Below are positions 1 through 7,656 of a DNA stretch of 32,000 nucleotides, piece after piece (the stretch's first letter is position 1; each line of letters begins with the position of its first letter). This stretch comes from Acidothermus cellulolyticus 11B (GTDB lineage: Bacteria > Actinomycetota > Actinomycetes > Acidothermales > Acidothermaceae). A program made the translations under genes and the position numbers. The stretch lies in NCBI RefSeq assembly GCF_000015025.1, contig NC_008578.1, forward strand, positions 2,250,001 through 2,282,000. Reading direction: 5' to 3'. The notes beneath the pieces were generated by a model that had not been told where the DNA came from, did not search any database, and saw only the letters and a list, made by a program, of their open reading frames with translations.

Positions 1-225
1 GGTTTTCCCGTCGTCGCTCAGCCGTACCTCGACCGGCACGGCCGGCGCATGTCGTTGATGCGCCCGGACGGCAAGGGAGCACGCCTCGGAGACGGCGAGC
101 CGTACCTCGTCGAGCAACGACTCCGGCAGTCCGGCACGACGGGCGACCGCTGTCGCGACAAACCGGGCAGTCCGCACGTGGGCGGGAAGCGCGGTAAACC
201 GCAAGGTCACCGTCGACCGCACCAT
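1..225 (-). CDS. Anti-sigma factor / serine protein kinase (RsbW/ApgA-like), N-terminal 75 aa; the gene continues beyond the window edge
   Basis: I translated the reverse strand from ATG (plus-strand cat at 223-225). It gives MVRSTVTLRFTALPAHVRTARFVATAVARRAGLPESLLDEVRLAVSEACSLAVRAHQ..., a typical N-terminus of HATPase-type anti-sigma factors encoded downstream of bldG. It is not in the ORF track because it is truncated by the edge. Confidence 0.7.
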   Translation of the reverse strand, partial: MVRSTVTLRFTALPAHVRTARFVATAVARRAGLPESLLDEVRLAVSEACSLAVRAHQRHAPAVPVEVRLSDDGKT

Positions 226-489
226 GGCCCCCCATCGAGTCTGTGAGCCCACATCCGTCGGTGAGCCCCCGCCGGTCTGCTCTCCAACCTTCTGTGATCG
301 GTCACCTGCGGGCTCTCCCGTCGTGATCCCCTTCCGCCGGCACTGCCGTCTGCGGACCCCTGCTGCCGGCTCTCCGGTCCGCGGACCCGTTCCTGCCGAC
401 GGCGGACCCCTTCCCGCGGGCCGCTCCGCGGTCCCTGGACCCTCACCCGCCGGCTCTTGCGCCGTTTGTGATCAGCATGGCGCACCCGA

Positions 490-831
490 TCAATCCGTCG
501 CGGCCAACGCCTCCTCGACCGAACTGTAGATCGGGAAGACCTTGGTAAGTCCCGTGATCCGGAAGATCTTCAAGATGCGCTCCTGGGTGCACACCAGCCG
601 TAACGAACCATCGTGGGCGCGCACCCGTTTGAGCCCGCCCACCAAGACGCCGAGCCCCGTGGAGTCGAGGAATTCGACGTTCTCCATGTCGACGATGATG
701 TGGTAGACGCCGGCTGACACAAGATCAATGAGCTGTTCGCGGAGTTTCGGTGCCGTGTAGACGTCGATCTCGCCGCTGACGCTGACCACCGTACGGTCAC
801 CCTCGGTCCGCGTTGACAGGGTTAGGTCCAC
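490..831 (-). CDS. bldG: STAS-domain anti-sigma factor antagonist (BldG/RsbV/SpoIIAA family)
   Basis: 113 aa. [34 protein letters not shown]...[17 protein letters not shown]...[16 protein letters not shown] is near-identical in pattern to Streptomyces BldG as I remember it. The phosphorylatable Ser lies in DSTGLG. GTG start with GGGAGG 7 nt upstream. Confidence 0.9.
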   Translation of the reverse strand: MDLTLSTRTEGDRTVVSVSGEIDVYTAPKLREQLIDLVSAGVYHIIVDMENVEFLDSTGLGVLVGGLKRVRAHDGSLRLVCTQERILKIFRITGLTKVFPIYSSVEEALAATD

Positions 832-882
832 GGATTGCCTCCCAAGCAGATCGGTGGGTCGGGTTGGGTTGCCCTACGGTGT

Positions 883-924
883 TGTGCCGGTGGCTACCCG
901 CTCTTCTGTGCCGGTGGCTACCCG
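883..924. repeat. Perfect 18-bp direct repeat TGTGCCGGTGGCTACCCG x2, 24-bp period
   Basis: Copies at 883-900 and 907-924, read directly. They lie in the divergent bldG/helicase intergenic region. Confidence 0.9.
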
Positions 925-948
925 GTTAGGAGGTATTCAATCACCCAC

Positions 949-1006
949 GCCGGCGGGACGGCCGGGTCGATCCCGGGCGCCGGCGGGACGGCCGCGTCGA
1001 TCCCGG
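949..1006. repeat. 28-bp tandem direct repeat GCCGGCGGGACGGCCG(G/C)GTCGATCCCGG x2, 30-bp period
   Basis: Copies at 949-976 and 979-1006 with one mismatch. TCACCCACG flanks both ends (941-949 and 1007-1015). Confidence 0.9.
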
Positions 1007-1040
1007 TCACCCACGGCCCTGGCTGGGAGACTGGATCGGC

Positions 1041-3557
1041 GTGAAGGTGCCTGCCGCGGTGGTACGCAGCGCGAAGGAGTCCGAGCCCGGCGAATCCGGC
1101 GCCGTTCTCACGGCAGGTGAGCGCGACCATCCCGATGTCGCGGCGCTCTTCGCCGGACGCTCGGTCCACGTCACCGGAGTCGCGACTCTTGCGCCGCGGG
1201 CAGAGCGCGCCGAACCGTGGCCATCGTGGGTGCCGGCGTCCGTGGTCAATGCCTTGCAGGCCACCGGAATTCACCAGCCGTGGCGTCATCAAGTCGAGAC
1301 AGCGGACCTTGCCTACCGCGGACAGCACGTGATCGTGACGACCGGGACGGCGTCGGGCAAGTCGCTCGCCTGCCTTCTTCCCGGCTTGGCGGCGATCGCT
1401 GCAGCGGAGGCGCAAGGCCGCGGCCAGCGGCGGACGCCGACCGTGCTGTATCTCAGTCCAACCAAGGCACTCGCAGCGGACCAGCTGACCCGGATTCGAG
1501 CGTGGGCGGTCCCGGGCGTCTGTGCGGCGATCTATGACGGAGACAGTTCGCCGGCGGACCGGTCCTGGGCCCGCCGGTACGCGAACGTCGTCTTGACCAA
1601 TCCCGACATGGTGCACTACGGGCTGCTGCCGGGTCATCGACGGTGGACGTCGCTCTGGCGTGGACTCCGCTACGTCGTCGTCGATGAATGCCACTGTTAC
1701 CGGGGAATTTTTGGCGCCCAGGTCGCCGCCGTGCTCCGCCGATTGCGGCGGATTTGCCGACACTACGGCGCCGATCCCGTCTTCGTTTGCGCATCGGCGA
1801 CGGTCGCCGAGCCGGACCGTGCGGCCCGGCTGCTCACCGGCGTACCGGCCCGGGTGGTACACGGTGACGCGGCTCCGCGCGCACCGCTTCGCTTCGCCTT
1901 CGTTGAACCAACGGGTGGATCGGCGGTGGCCGAGGCCGCATACGCTGTGGCGCAGCTGGTAGCCCGCGGTCAACGGGTCATCGCGTACATCAATTCGCGC
2001 CGGGGGACCGAGATTCTCGCGGCCGCAGCCCGGCGCCACCTGGAGACGATCAGACCCTCGGCTGTGCACGCTGTCGCGGCATATCGGGGCGGCTATCTCC
2101 CCGACGAGCGCCGCCGGCTGGAGGCTGAGCTGCGTTCGGGACGATTGCGGGGACTCGCGGCGACGTCCGCACTGGAGTTGGGCGTTGATGTCGCCGGGGT
2201 TGACGCGGTAGTGCTGGTCGGCTTCCCCGGGACGCGTGCGTCGTTATGGCAGCAGGTCGGCCGCGCGGGACGCCGGAACTCCCCGGCACTCGCCGTGTTC
2301 ATTGCCCGGGATGACCCACTGGATCGCTACCTCGTCCGGCGTCCCGAGACACTGCTGGACGGAGGGGTTGAGGCATTTGTCTTCGATCCAGGGAATCGCT
2401 ATGTGCTCGCGCCGCAGGTATGCGCAGCCGCAGCTGAATTGCCGTTGACATCGGAGGATGTCGAGGTGTTCTCGGCACCTCCAGGCGGTGCTGTATTTTC
2501 GGCACCCCCTGGCACGTCGGTGTCTTCGCGCGGGTCGGCACCTCACGCACCTCCCCCCGGTCCGGCGATTCCCGGCACATCGGTATCCGCGGGCGGTCCG
2601 GCGATTCCCAGCGCATCGGTATCCGCGGCCGGGTCAGCACCTACTGACGATGCCGCCGCACTATTCGACGACCTGACACGCCGGGGGCTGCTTCGCCGCC
2701 GTCGGGACGGCTGGCACTGGGTGAGGCGCGAGTCGCCGACGGCGTCGATCGATTTGCGGGGCGCGGGCGGTGGGACGGTCGACATTGTCGAGCTCCCGAC
2801 CGGTCAGCTGCTCGGAACCGCAACCGACGTGCACGCCGATGTCACCTTGCACCCCGGGGCGGTGTATGTGCATCAGGGACAGAGTTTTCTCGTGGAGAGC
2901 TACGATGCCGAGGCGCGTGCTGTGCTGGTGCGGGCGGCGGACGTCGACTATGTGACCATCGCAGAGGAAGTGACCGACATTCGCGTCGTTGAAACCGTGG
3001 CGACCACAATGCGGGACACGGCGACGGTCTGTTTTGGCCAGGTGGCCGTGCTGCGGCAGGTCGTCGGCTTCGCCCGTAAGCGACTGCTCACCGGAGAGTT
3101 TCTGGATCGATTTCCGCTGGAACCGCGCACGCAGCGGTTGGCCACGAAGGCGGTGTGGTGGACCGTTGAGGAGGACGCGCTGCGTCGCGCCGCCCTGACA
3201 CCGGAGCGGTATCCGGGAGCCGCGCACGCAGCGGAGCACTCAGCAATCGGCCTCCTGCCGCTCTTCGCGACCTGCGATCGATGGGACATCGGGGGCGTGT
3301 CCACCGCCTGGCATCCGGACACCGGCCGGCTTACCGTATTCGTCTACGACGGTTATCCCGGCGGGGCGGGAATTGCTGAGCGCGGCTATACAGCGTACCG
3401 ACAGTGGCTTCACGCGACCCGAGACGCCATCGCCCGATGCGCATGCGACCACGGCTGTCCGTCGTGCATTCAGTCACCAAAGTGCGGAAACGGGAACGAG
3501 CCGCTGGATAAGGCCGGGGCAATTGAGCTCCTCGACGTCGTATTAGCAGGCGGATAG
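1041..3557 (+). CDS. DEAD/DEAH (DECH)-box helicase with C-terminal DUF1998/MrfA-type zinc domain ('helicase/secretion neighbourhood' helicase, Rv3649-like)
   Basis: Walker A TGTASGKS, DECH box VVVDECHCYRG, helicase-C motifs (AATSALELGVD, QQVGRAGRR) and C-terminal CACDHGCPSCIQSPKCGNGNEPLDK. GTG start; alternative in-frame GTGs at 1047 and 1059. Confidence 0.9.
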   Translation: MKVPAAVVRSAKESEPGESGAVLTAGERDHPDVAALFAGRSVHVTGVATLAPRAERAEPWPSWVPASVVNALQATGIHQPWRHQVETADLAYRGQHVIVTTGTASGKSLACLLPGLAAIAAAEAQGRGQRRTPTVLYLSPTKALAADQLTRIRAWAVPGVCAAIYDGDSSPADRSWARRYANVVLTNPDMVHYGLLPGHRRWTSLWRGLRYVVVDECHCYRGIFGAQVAAVLRRLRRICRHYGADPVFVCASATVAEPDRAARLLTGVPARVVHGDAAPRAPLRFAFVEPTGGSAVAEAAYAVAQLVARGQRVIAYINSRRGTEILAAAARRHLETIRPSAVHAVAAYRGGYLPDERRRLEAELRSGRLRGLAATSALELGVDVAGVDAVVLVGFPGTRASLWQQVGRAGRRNSPALAVFIARDDPLDRYLVRRPETLLDGGVEAFVFDPGNRYVLAPQVCAAAAELPLTSEDVEVFSAPPGGAVFSAPPGTSVSSRGSAPHAPPPGPAIPGTSVSAGGPAIPSASVSAAGSAPTDDAAALFDDLTRRGLLRRRRDGWHWVRRESPTASIDLRGAGGGTVDIVELPTGQLLGTATDVHADVTLHPGAVYVHQGQSFLVESYDAEARAVLVRAADVDYVTIAEEVTDIRVVETVATTMRDTATVCFGQVAVLRQVVGFARKRLLTGEFLDRFPLEPRTQRLATKAVWWTVEEDALRRAALTPERYPGAAHAAEHSAIGLLPLFATCDRWDIGGVSTAWHPDTGRLTVFVYDGYPGGAGIAERGYTAYRQWLHATRDAIARCACDHGCPSCIQSPKCGNGNEPLDKAGAIELLDVVLAGG
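2559..2630 (+). repeat. In-frame 36-bp tandem duplication inside the helicase gene (GPAIPGTSVSAG / GPAIPSASVSAA)
   Basis: GGTCCGGCGATTCCCGGCACATCGGTATCCGCGGGC at 2559-2594 and GGTCCGGCGATTCCCAGCGCATCGGTATCCGCGGCC at 2595-2630. A more degenerate 27-bp pair lies at 2469-2486 and 2496-2513 (FSAPPG x2). Confidence 0.9.
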
Positions 3558-3582
3558 TCGACCGCAGCCTGACTATGGATGG

Positions 3583-4089
3583 TCACGAAGAGACGTGATT
3601 TCCTGTTGGCGCCAGACCCTCTGATGTCACCGCTGCGGGACCGGCTCGAGCTTCCGCTCTCACGGTGACAACCCAGCGGTGCGCAGCGTACAGCGGCACA
3701 TCGACGCGTACCTCTACGTCGACAATGCCGTTCACAATGCGACACGTGGTGAGGTTCGCGTGATTTCGCTCAGCGACCTGGGCTGCCGCTGTGCACGCGG
3801 ACCGGCGGGTCGTTTCGTCCGATTCGGTGGATGGTGTGGTGGCGCCGTCACGGTCACCGGTATTCAGGGCCGCGGTTCCGTTGAATTCCGCCGTGGTTTC
3901 GAGCCGAGCAGCGGCCGCCAGAGCAGCGAGATCGGCAGCTCCACCCGCGGCGTGTCGCCCTGAGATGACGGTTCCGAGTGAGAGGCCAACCCACCCGATC
4001 GTCATGGCCAGAAATACGGCCGACACAAACCAGAGGCTCGCACTGCCATTGTCAGTACTCCGGCGCGGTCTCCACGTATGTATCGCCAT
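3583..4089 (-). CDS. Rv3654c-family TadE-like protein (helicase/secretion neighbourhood TadE-like)
   Basis: 168 aa. N-terminal TM segment GSASLWFVSAVFLAMTIGWV followed by RHAAGGAADLAALAAA, the pattern of this family. It is the last gene of the tad-like operon. Confidence 0.75.
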   Translation of the reverse strand: MAIHTWRPRRSTDNGSASLWFVSAVFLAMTIGWVGLSLGTVISGRHAAGGAADLAALAAAARLETTAEFNGTAALNTGDRDGATTPSTESDETTRRSACTAAAQVAERNHANLTTCRIVNGIVDVEVRVDVPLYAAHRWVVTVRAEARAGPAAVTSEGLAPTGNHVSS

Positions 4090-4165
4090 GTAGATTTCTC
4101 CTCTCTATCAGCCGTCTGGAGAACGCCGACACATGTAGCTGTCGGTCGATCCCAGCGTCTTGGCG

Positions 4166-4624
4166 TTACCATTCGGGTTCAGCGAATGCGGTGGCGGTCA
4201 CCGAGGAAATGCCTGAATGGTGAAGGAGCTCTGGCCCGATCCGGGCTTGCACGACCACCTCGATGAGCTGAGGGGTATCCGGATCCGTCGGATCGACCCG
4301 TCGTGTGAGAAGCACACTCGCACCGGACGGCGCCGCGAGCCGGGCGGCTGCGACTGCTAGGGAATCGGGCTCCCCGCGTGCCGCAGCTCGGGCGCCGGCC
4401 CGCGCCGCATCGATGACCCGGATCTGCGCGATACCGACGGCGACCGCCCACAGGATGAAGGTGAGGATGAGGGCGACCACCGGCAACGCGACCGCGGTTT
4501 CGGCGGTGACGAAGCCTGCAGACGTCGGCGTACCGACGCCGATGTTGACGAGTTCGATGCCTTCCAGGCGTCTGTCACGACGCCTGGTCACCAACCGGTA
4601 CCAAAATCCGCTGCGTCCTTGCAT
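4166..4624 (-). CDS. TadE-family pilus-assembly/minor-pilin-like protein (Rv3655c-like)
   Basis: The track ORF 4166-5182 is over-extended across flp and tadC. Trimmed to the ATG at 4624 (152 aa). It contains the TadE-type N-terminal motif GFVTAETAVALPVVALILTFILW. The start is uncertain. Confidence 0.7.
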   Translation of the reverse strand: MQGRSGFWYRLVTRRRDRRLEGIELVNIGVGTPTSAGFVTAETAVALPVVALILTFILWAVAVGIAQIRVIDAARAGARAAARGEPDSLAVAAARLAAPSGASVLLTRRVDPTDPDTPQLIEVVVQARIGPELLHHSGISSVTATAFAEPEW

Positions 4625-4650
4625 GCCAGACCAACCGCTTTCACTCGAAA

Positions 4651-4911
4651 CTAGAACGGAGCCTTGAGCGCACGCGTCACCAGACCGGTCAGCAGTTGCA
4701 GCACCGTGCTGCTCGTCACGACTTTGTACAGCAACGCAGCAAAGGCACATGCCGCCAGGGTGCCGATGGCGTATTCGGCTGTTGACATGCCTGCGTCGTG
4801 CATGGCCCTGCACCGCACCACCCGCTTGAGAAGCGCGACGGACCTGCATCGCACGGGCGACCGTCGAAGATGCTGAGACATGAGCCGAAATGCTCCGATG
4901 ACAGTCGACAT
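4651..4911 (-). CDS. flp: Flp-family prepilin-like protein (DUF4244, Rv3656c-like)
   Basis: 86 aa. Flp processing signature G/XXXXEY is present as AG|MSTAEY, followed by the hydrophobic helix AIGTLAACAFAALLYKVV. The ATG at 4911 is preceded by GGAGGAGGA with a 3-nt spacer. Confidence 0.75.
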   Translation of the reverse strand: MSTVIGAFRLMSQHLRRSPVRCRSVALLKRVVRCRAMHDAGMSTAEYAIGTLAACAFAALLYKVVTSSTVLQLLTGLVTRALKAPF

Positions 4912-5046
4912 CGTTCCTCCTCCGGTGCAAAAGTTCCGTCTTACGACGACGCGTCCAGCATTCCAACCCGCGGCGACATACGGCGTTCTTGATGCATAGG
5001 CCGTGGATGCTGCGCCCGTACGTTGTGGAAACGCTGCGCCACGCGA

Positions 5047-5658
5047 TTACCGCGGCCAGAGTGAATGCGCAAAACCAAAGATGACCGGCAGAACGCCGAC
5101 CAGAAGAAATGCCGGTAAGAAACACACACCAAGGGGCAGCGCCATCCGTACGCCCGCCCGGGCGGTGGCCTGCGCCGCCCACGCTCGAACCGTCCGGCGC
5201 CGTTCGTCAGCCAGCCGCGTCAATGTGCCGGCAAGGGCAAGGCCCGAGTTCTCCGCTTGTCCAAATGCCCGCGCGACCTCGGTCCAGCCGAGTTCGGCCG
5301 GCACCTCGGCCCACGCTTGCACCGCAGACGCGCCGAGCCGAAGCGCGCTGGATACCGCGGGAAGGGGCGTGTTGAGACTGTCACGACCCAACGCCTCGAC
5401 AACAAGCTCCAACGCCCGCCGACTGGTCACACCCGTTTCGAGACAAGCGGCAAGAAGGTCACACGCGAGAGGAAGAAGATCACCGGTAACCGCAGGAGAT
5501 CGTCGTGCTCGCGTCAGGACCTGTCGCCGTGGCCGGCCGGCATTCCACCGAAATCCCGGTGCAGCCAGCCGTCGGTGCATGCGTTTACGTGCGTCGCCGC
5601 CGGCGGCCGCGCATCCGAGGCCGATGAGAAACAGCCACAAGAAGATATCGGTCCGCAT
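5047..5658 (-). CDS. tadC: Type II secretion system F-family protein (TadC-like, Rv3657c-like)
   Basis: 203 aa. N- and C-terminal TM segments flank a T2SSF-like helical region. Its start lies 1 nt after the tadB stop. Confidence 0.75.
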   Translation of the reverse strand: MRTDIFLWLFLIGLGCAAAGGDARKRMHRRLAAPGFRWNAGRPRRQVLTRARRSPAVTGDLLPLACDLLAACLETGVTSRRALELVVEALGRDSLNTPLPAVSSALRLGASAVQAWAEVPAELGWTEVARAFGQAENSGLALAGTLTRLADERRRTVRAWAAQATARAGVRMALPLGVCFLPAFLLVGVLPVIFGFAHSLWPR

Positions 5659-5659
5659 G

Positions 5660-6478
5660 TCAGTGGTGCTGGAGAGTCGCCGCAGAATAGATGCGGGCCG
5701 CGATGCGCCGACACCACAGCAGGCCGCCGACTTCCAGAGCCACAGCTGCGCTCAGGCAGGCCAGACCAAGCGGGTGCCGGAACAAAAATTGCCAAGACGC
5801 GACGCCAATGACCGTGCCGAAGAGAAGACCGGCGATCGGCAGCGCACCGAGGAGCCGGATGGTGGCACGGGGCGCAGCGAGCGCGGTCTGCACCTCCTGG
5901 TGGAGGTCCACATCGGCTTGGATCGCATTCGCTGTCCGCTCGACCAGCCGAGCAAGACCCGCTCCGCTCTCGACACCGATCCGCCAGCACGGTGCGTAAC
6001 GCGCCAGATCGGCAAGCGGCGGGCCGCCGATTTTTGCCGTGGGTGTCACAAAAAGTTCGGTGACGCGGTCGATATCCCCGTGGCGCGCGGCGTCCGCAAT
6101 AGCAACGAACAGCCGAGCCAGCGCAGGGTGGTGCATCTCGCCGGCGGCCGCAGCCAACGCATCTGCCGGTACCCGCCCGGATCGCAACTGCGCAGCCCAC
6201 ACATGCCCAAATCGGACGAGTTCCGCCTTGACCGTTCTGCGGAGCTGACGCTGCACGCGCCGTGTCGCCCAGCCGACGGTTCCACCAGCGAACGCGCCGA
6301 TCACTGCTGCGGGAATGACGCCCACGACGAGGATGAGCCACACGAGAAACAGCGCCGCCGCCATCGGCAACGCATAACGGCGGGGCTGACCGCGCGCCGT
6401 TCGCGGCGCGCGACGTGAACCAGTCGTTGCACTGAGGACGGCCGCGCCAACCAAGCCCCCGATGACCCACGGGTTCAT
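5660..6478 (-). CDS. tadB: Type II secretion system F-family protein (TadB-like, Rv3658c-like)
   Basis: 272 aa polytopic membrane protein. ATGA overlap with the tadA stop at 6475-6478. Confidence 0.75.
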   Translation of the reverse strand: MNPWVIGGLVGAAVLSATTGSRRAPRTARGQPRRYALPMAAALFLVWLILVVGVIPAAVIGAFAGGTVGWATRRVQRQLRRTVKAELVRFGHVWAAQLRSGRVPADALAAAAGEMHHPALARLFVAIADAARHGDIDRVTELFVTPTAKIGGPPLADLARYAPCWRIGVESGAGLARLVERTANAIQADVDLHQEVQTALAAPRATIRLLGALPIAGLLFGTVIGVASWQFLFRHPLGLACLSAAVALEVGGLLWCRRIAARIYSAATLQHH

Positions 6479-7656
6479 GACACCGCCACGTGCGCGCCCA
6501 ACCAGTTCTCCAACACCCCAACGCCTCGGCCGCGCCAGAACTGCGTACCAGCCACCCCCACCGCAGGCACGACCGTCACCAGACCGTCACGGCGACGCTG
6601 CACAATTCCAATCGCCGACACCGTACGCACGCCAGCCGCATCCCGGACGATGTGAATCACGGCGCGTAGTCCGGCGGCAATGTGGCTGTGCACTGCAGCC
6701 CGACGCATCCCGCCAACCATCGCCAGAGCCTCCAGGCGGGCCGGAACATCCTCCGGCGAATTAGCGTGCAGCGTACCCGCACAGCCGTCGTGGCCGACGT
6801 TCAGCGCAGCGAGAAGGTCGATGCATTCAGTACCGCGTACCTCACCGATCACGATGCGGTCCGGCCGCATCCGGAGGGCTTCGCGAACCAATTGCCGCAC
6901 GCTGACGGCACCGGCGCCTTCGGCATTGGCGGGGCGCGCCTGCAGGCGGACAACGTGACGGTGAATTGTTTGGATTTCGGGCACGTCCTCAACGAGGACG
7001 ACCCGCTCTCTCGGGTGAACCAAACCGAGGAGGCAGCCAAGCAGCGTCGTTTTCCCGCTGCCGGTCGCGCCGCTGACAAGGAAGGAAATCCGGTTCGCCA
7101 CGAGCGCCTGTAAATACGGCGCAAGGCGCGGATCAATCGTCCGGCTCTCGACGAATTCCGTGAACCGAAACGGGCGACGACTAGGAACCCGAAACGATAG
7201 GTGCGTGCTGGTGGAAATCGGTGGGAGAACGGCGTGCATGCGAACCCCGTTCGGTAGCCGGACGTCGACACACGGCGCCGCCTCATCGAGCCGACGTCCA
7301 GCGGCGGCTGCCAGCCGGACGGCTAGTCGCCGTACGTCGGCGTCGCAACCGAGGTCGACGTCGACACGCTGCAGACCTGTTCCACGGTCAACCCACACCT
7401 CATCTGGTCCATTGACCAACACGTCCGTCACACCAGACGAGGCGAACAGCGGTTCAAGGACGCCGGCTCCGGAGATATCGGCGAACACCGCCTCAGCAGC
7501 CGCAAGAACACCCCGGACGCCAAGTGTTGGGGCGGCGCCTTCAGAGACCAGGGCATGGGCGACCTGAGCGCGGGAGATCGGGGCGTGCGCGGCGGCGAGG
7601 CGCAGCCGAACGGATCGGGTCAACGCCTCGGTCGCTGTCGGGGTCGATGTGGTCAT
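6475..7656 (-). CDS. tadA: TadA/CpaF-family secretion ATPase (helicase/secretion neighbourhood ATPase, Rv3659c-like)
   Basis: Walker A GATGSGKTTLL, VLVEDVPE (Asp box / Walker B region) and GHDGCAGTLHANS (His box). The ATG at 7656 forms an ATGA overlap with the ssd stop. An alternative GTG lies at 7674. Confidence 0.9.
   Translation of the reverse strand: MTTSTPTATEALTRSVRLRLAAAHAPISRAQVAHALVSEGAAPTLGVRGVLAAAEAVFADISGAGVLEPLFASSGVTDVLVNGPDEVWVDRGTGLQRVDVDLGCDADVRRLAVRLAAAAGRRLDEAAPCVDVRLPNGVRMHAVLPPISTSTHLSFRVPSRRPFRFTEFVESRTIDPRLAPYLQALVANRISFLVSGATGSGKTTLLGCLLGLVHPRERVVLVEDVPEIQTIHRHVVRLQARPANAEGAGAVSVRQLVREALRMRPDRIVIGEVRGTECIDLLAALNVGHDGCAGTLHANSPEDVPARLEALAMVGGMRRAAVHSHIAAGLRAVIHIVRDAAGVRTVSAIGIVQRRRDGLVTVVPAVGVAGTQFWRGRGVGVLENWLGAHVAVS

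Noticed and set aside
293-306. Imperfect palindrome TGTGATCGGTCACC in the bldG/kinase spacer, considered as an operator.
   Set aside because: It is a single short imperfect inverted repeat with N4 spacing. There is no second copy and no known matching consensus. It is noted only as part of the spacer finding.
918-2069. 383-aa ORF antisense to the helicase gene. Similar long antisense or shadow ORFs lie at 2661-3239, 5003-6418, 5514-6521, 7555-8595, 9846-11036, 12495-13196, 14568-15245, 15689-16441, 17055-18176, 17765-18496, 18809-20215, 25223-26095, 27037-27741 and 28303-28950.
   Set aside because: All of them overlap a gene with clear family motifs on the other strand or in another frame. 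Their translations are Arg/Pro/Gly/Ala-rich with no recognisable motifs. Such stop-free shadow frames are expected at about 70% GC.
4625-5182. Upstream part of the 338-aa ORF 4166-5182.
   Set aside because: It overlaps the well-supported flp (4651-4911) and tadC (5047-5658) genes in another frame. Only the C-terminal 152 aa show TadE-like features.
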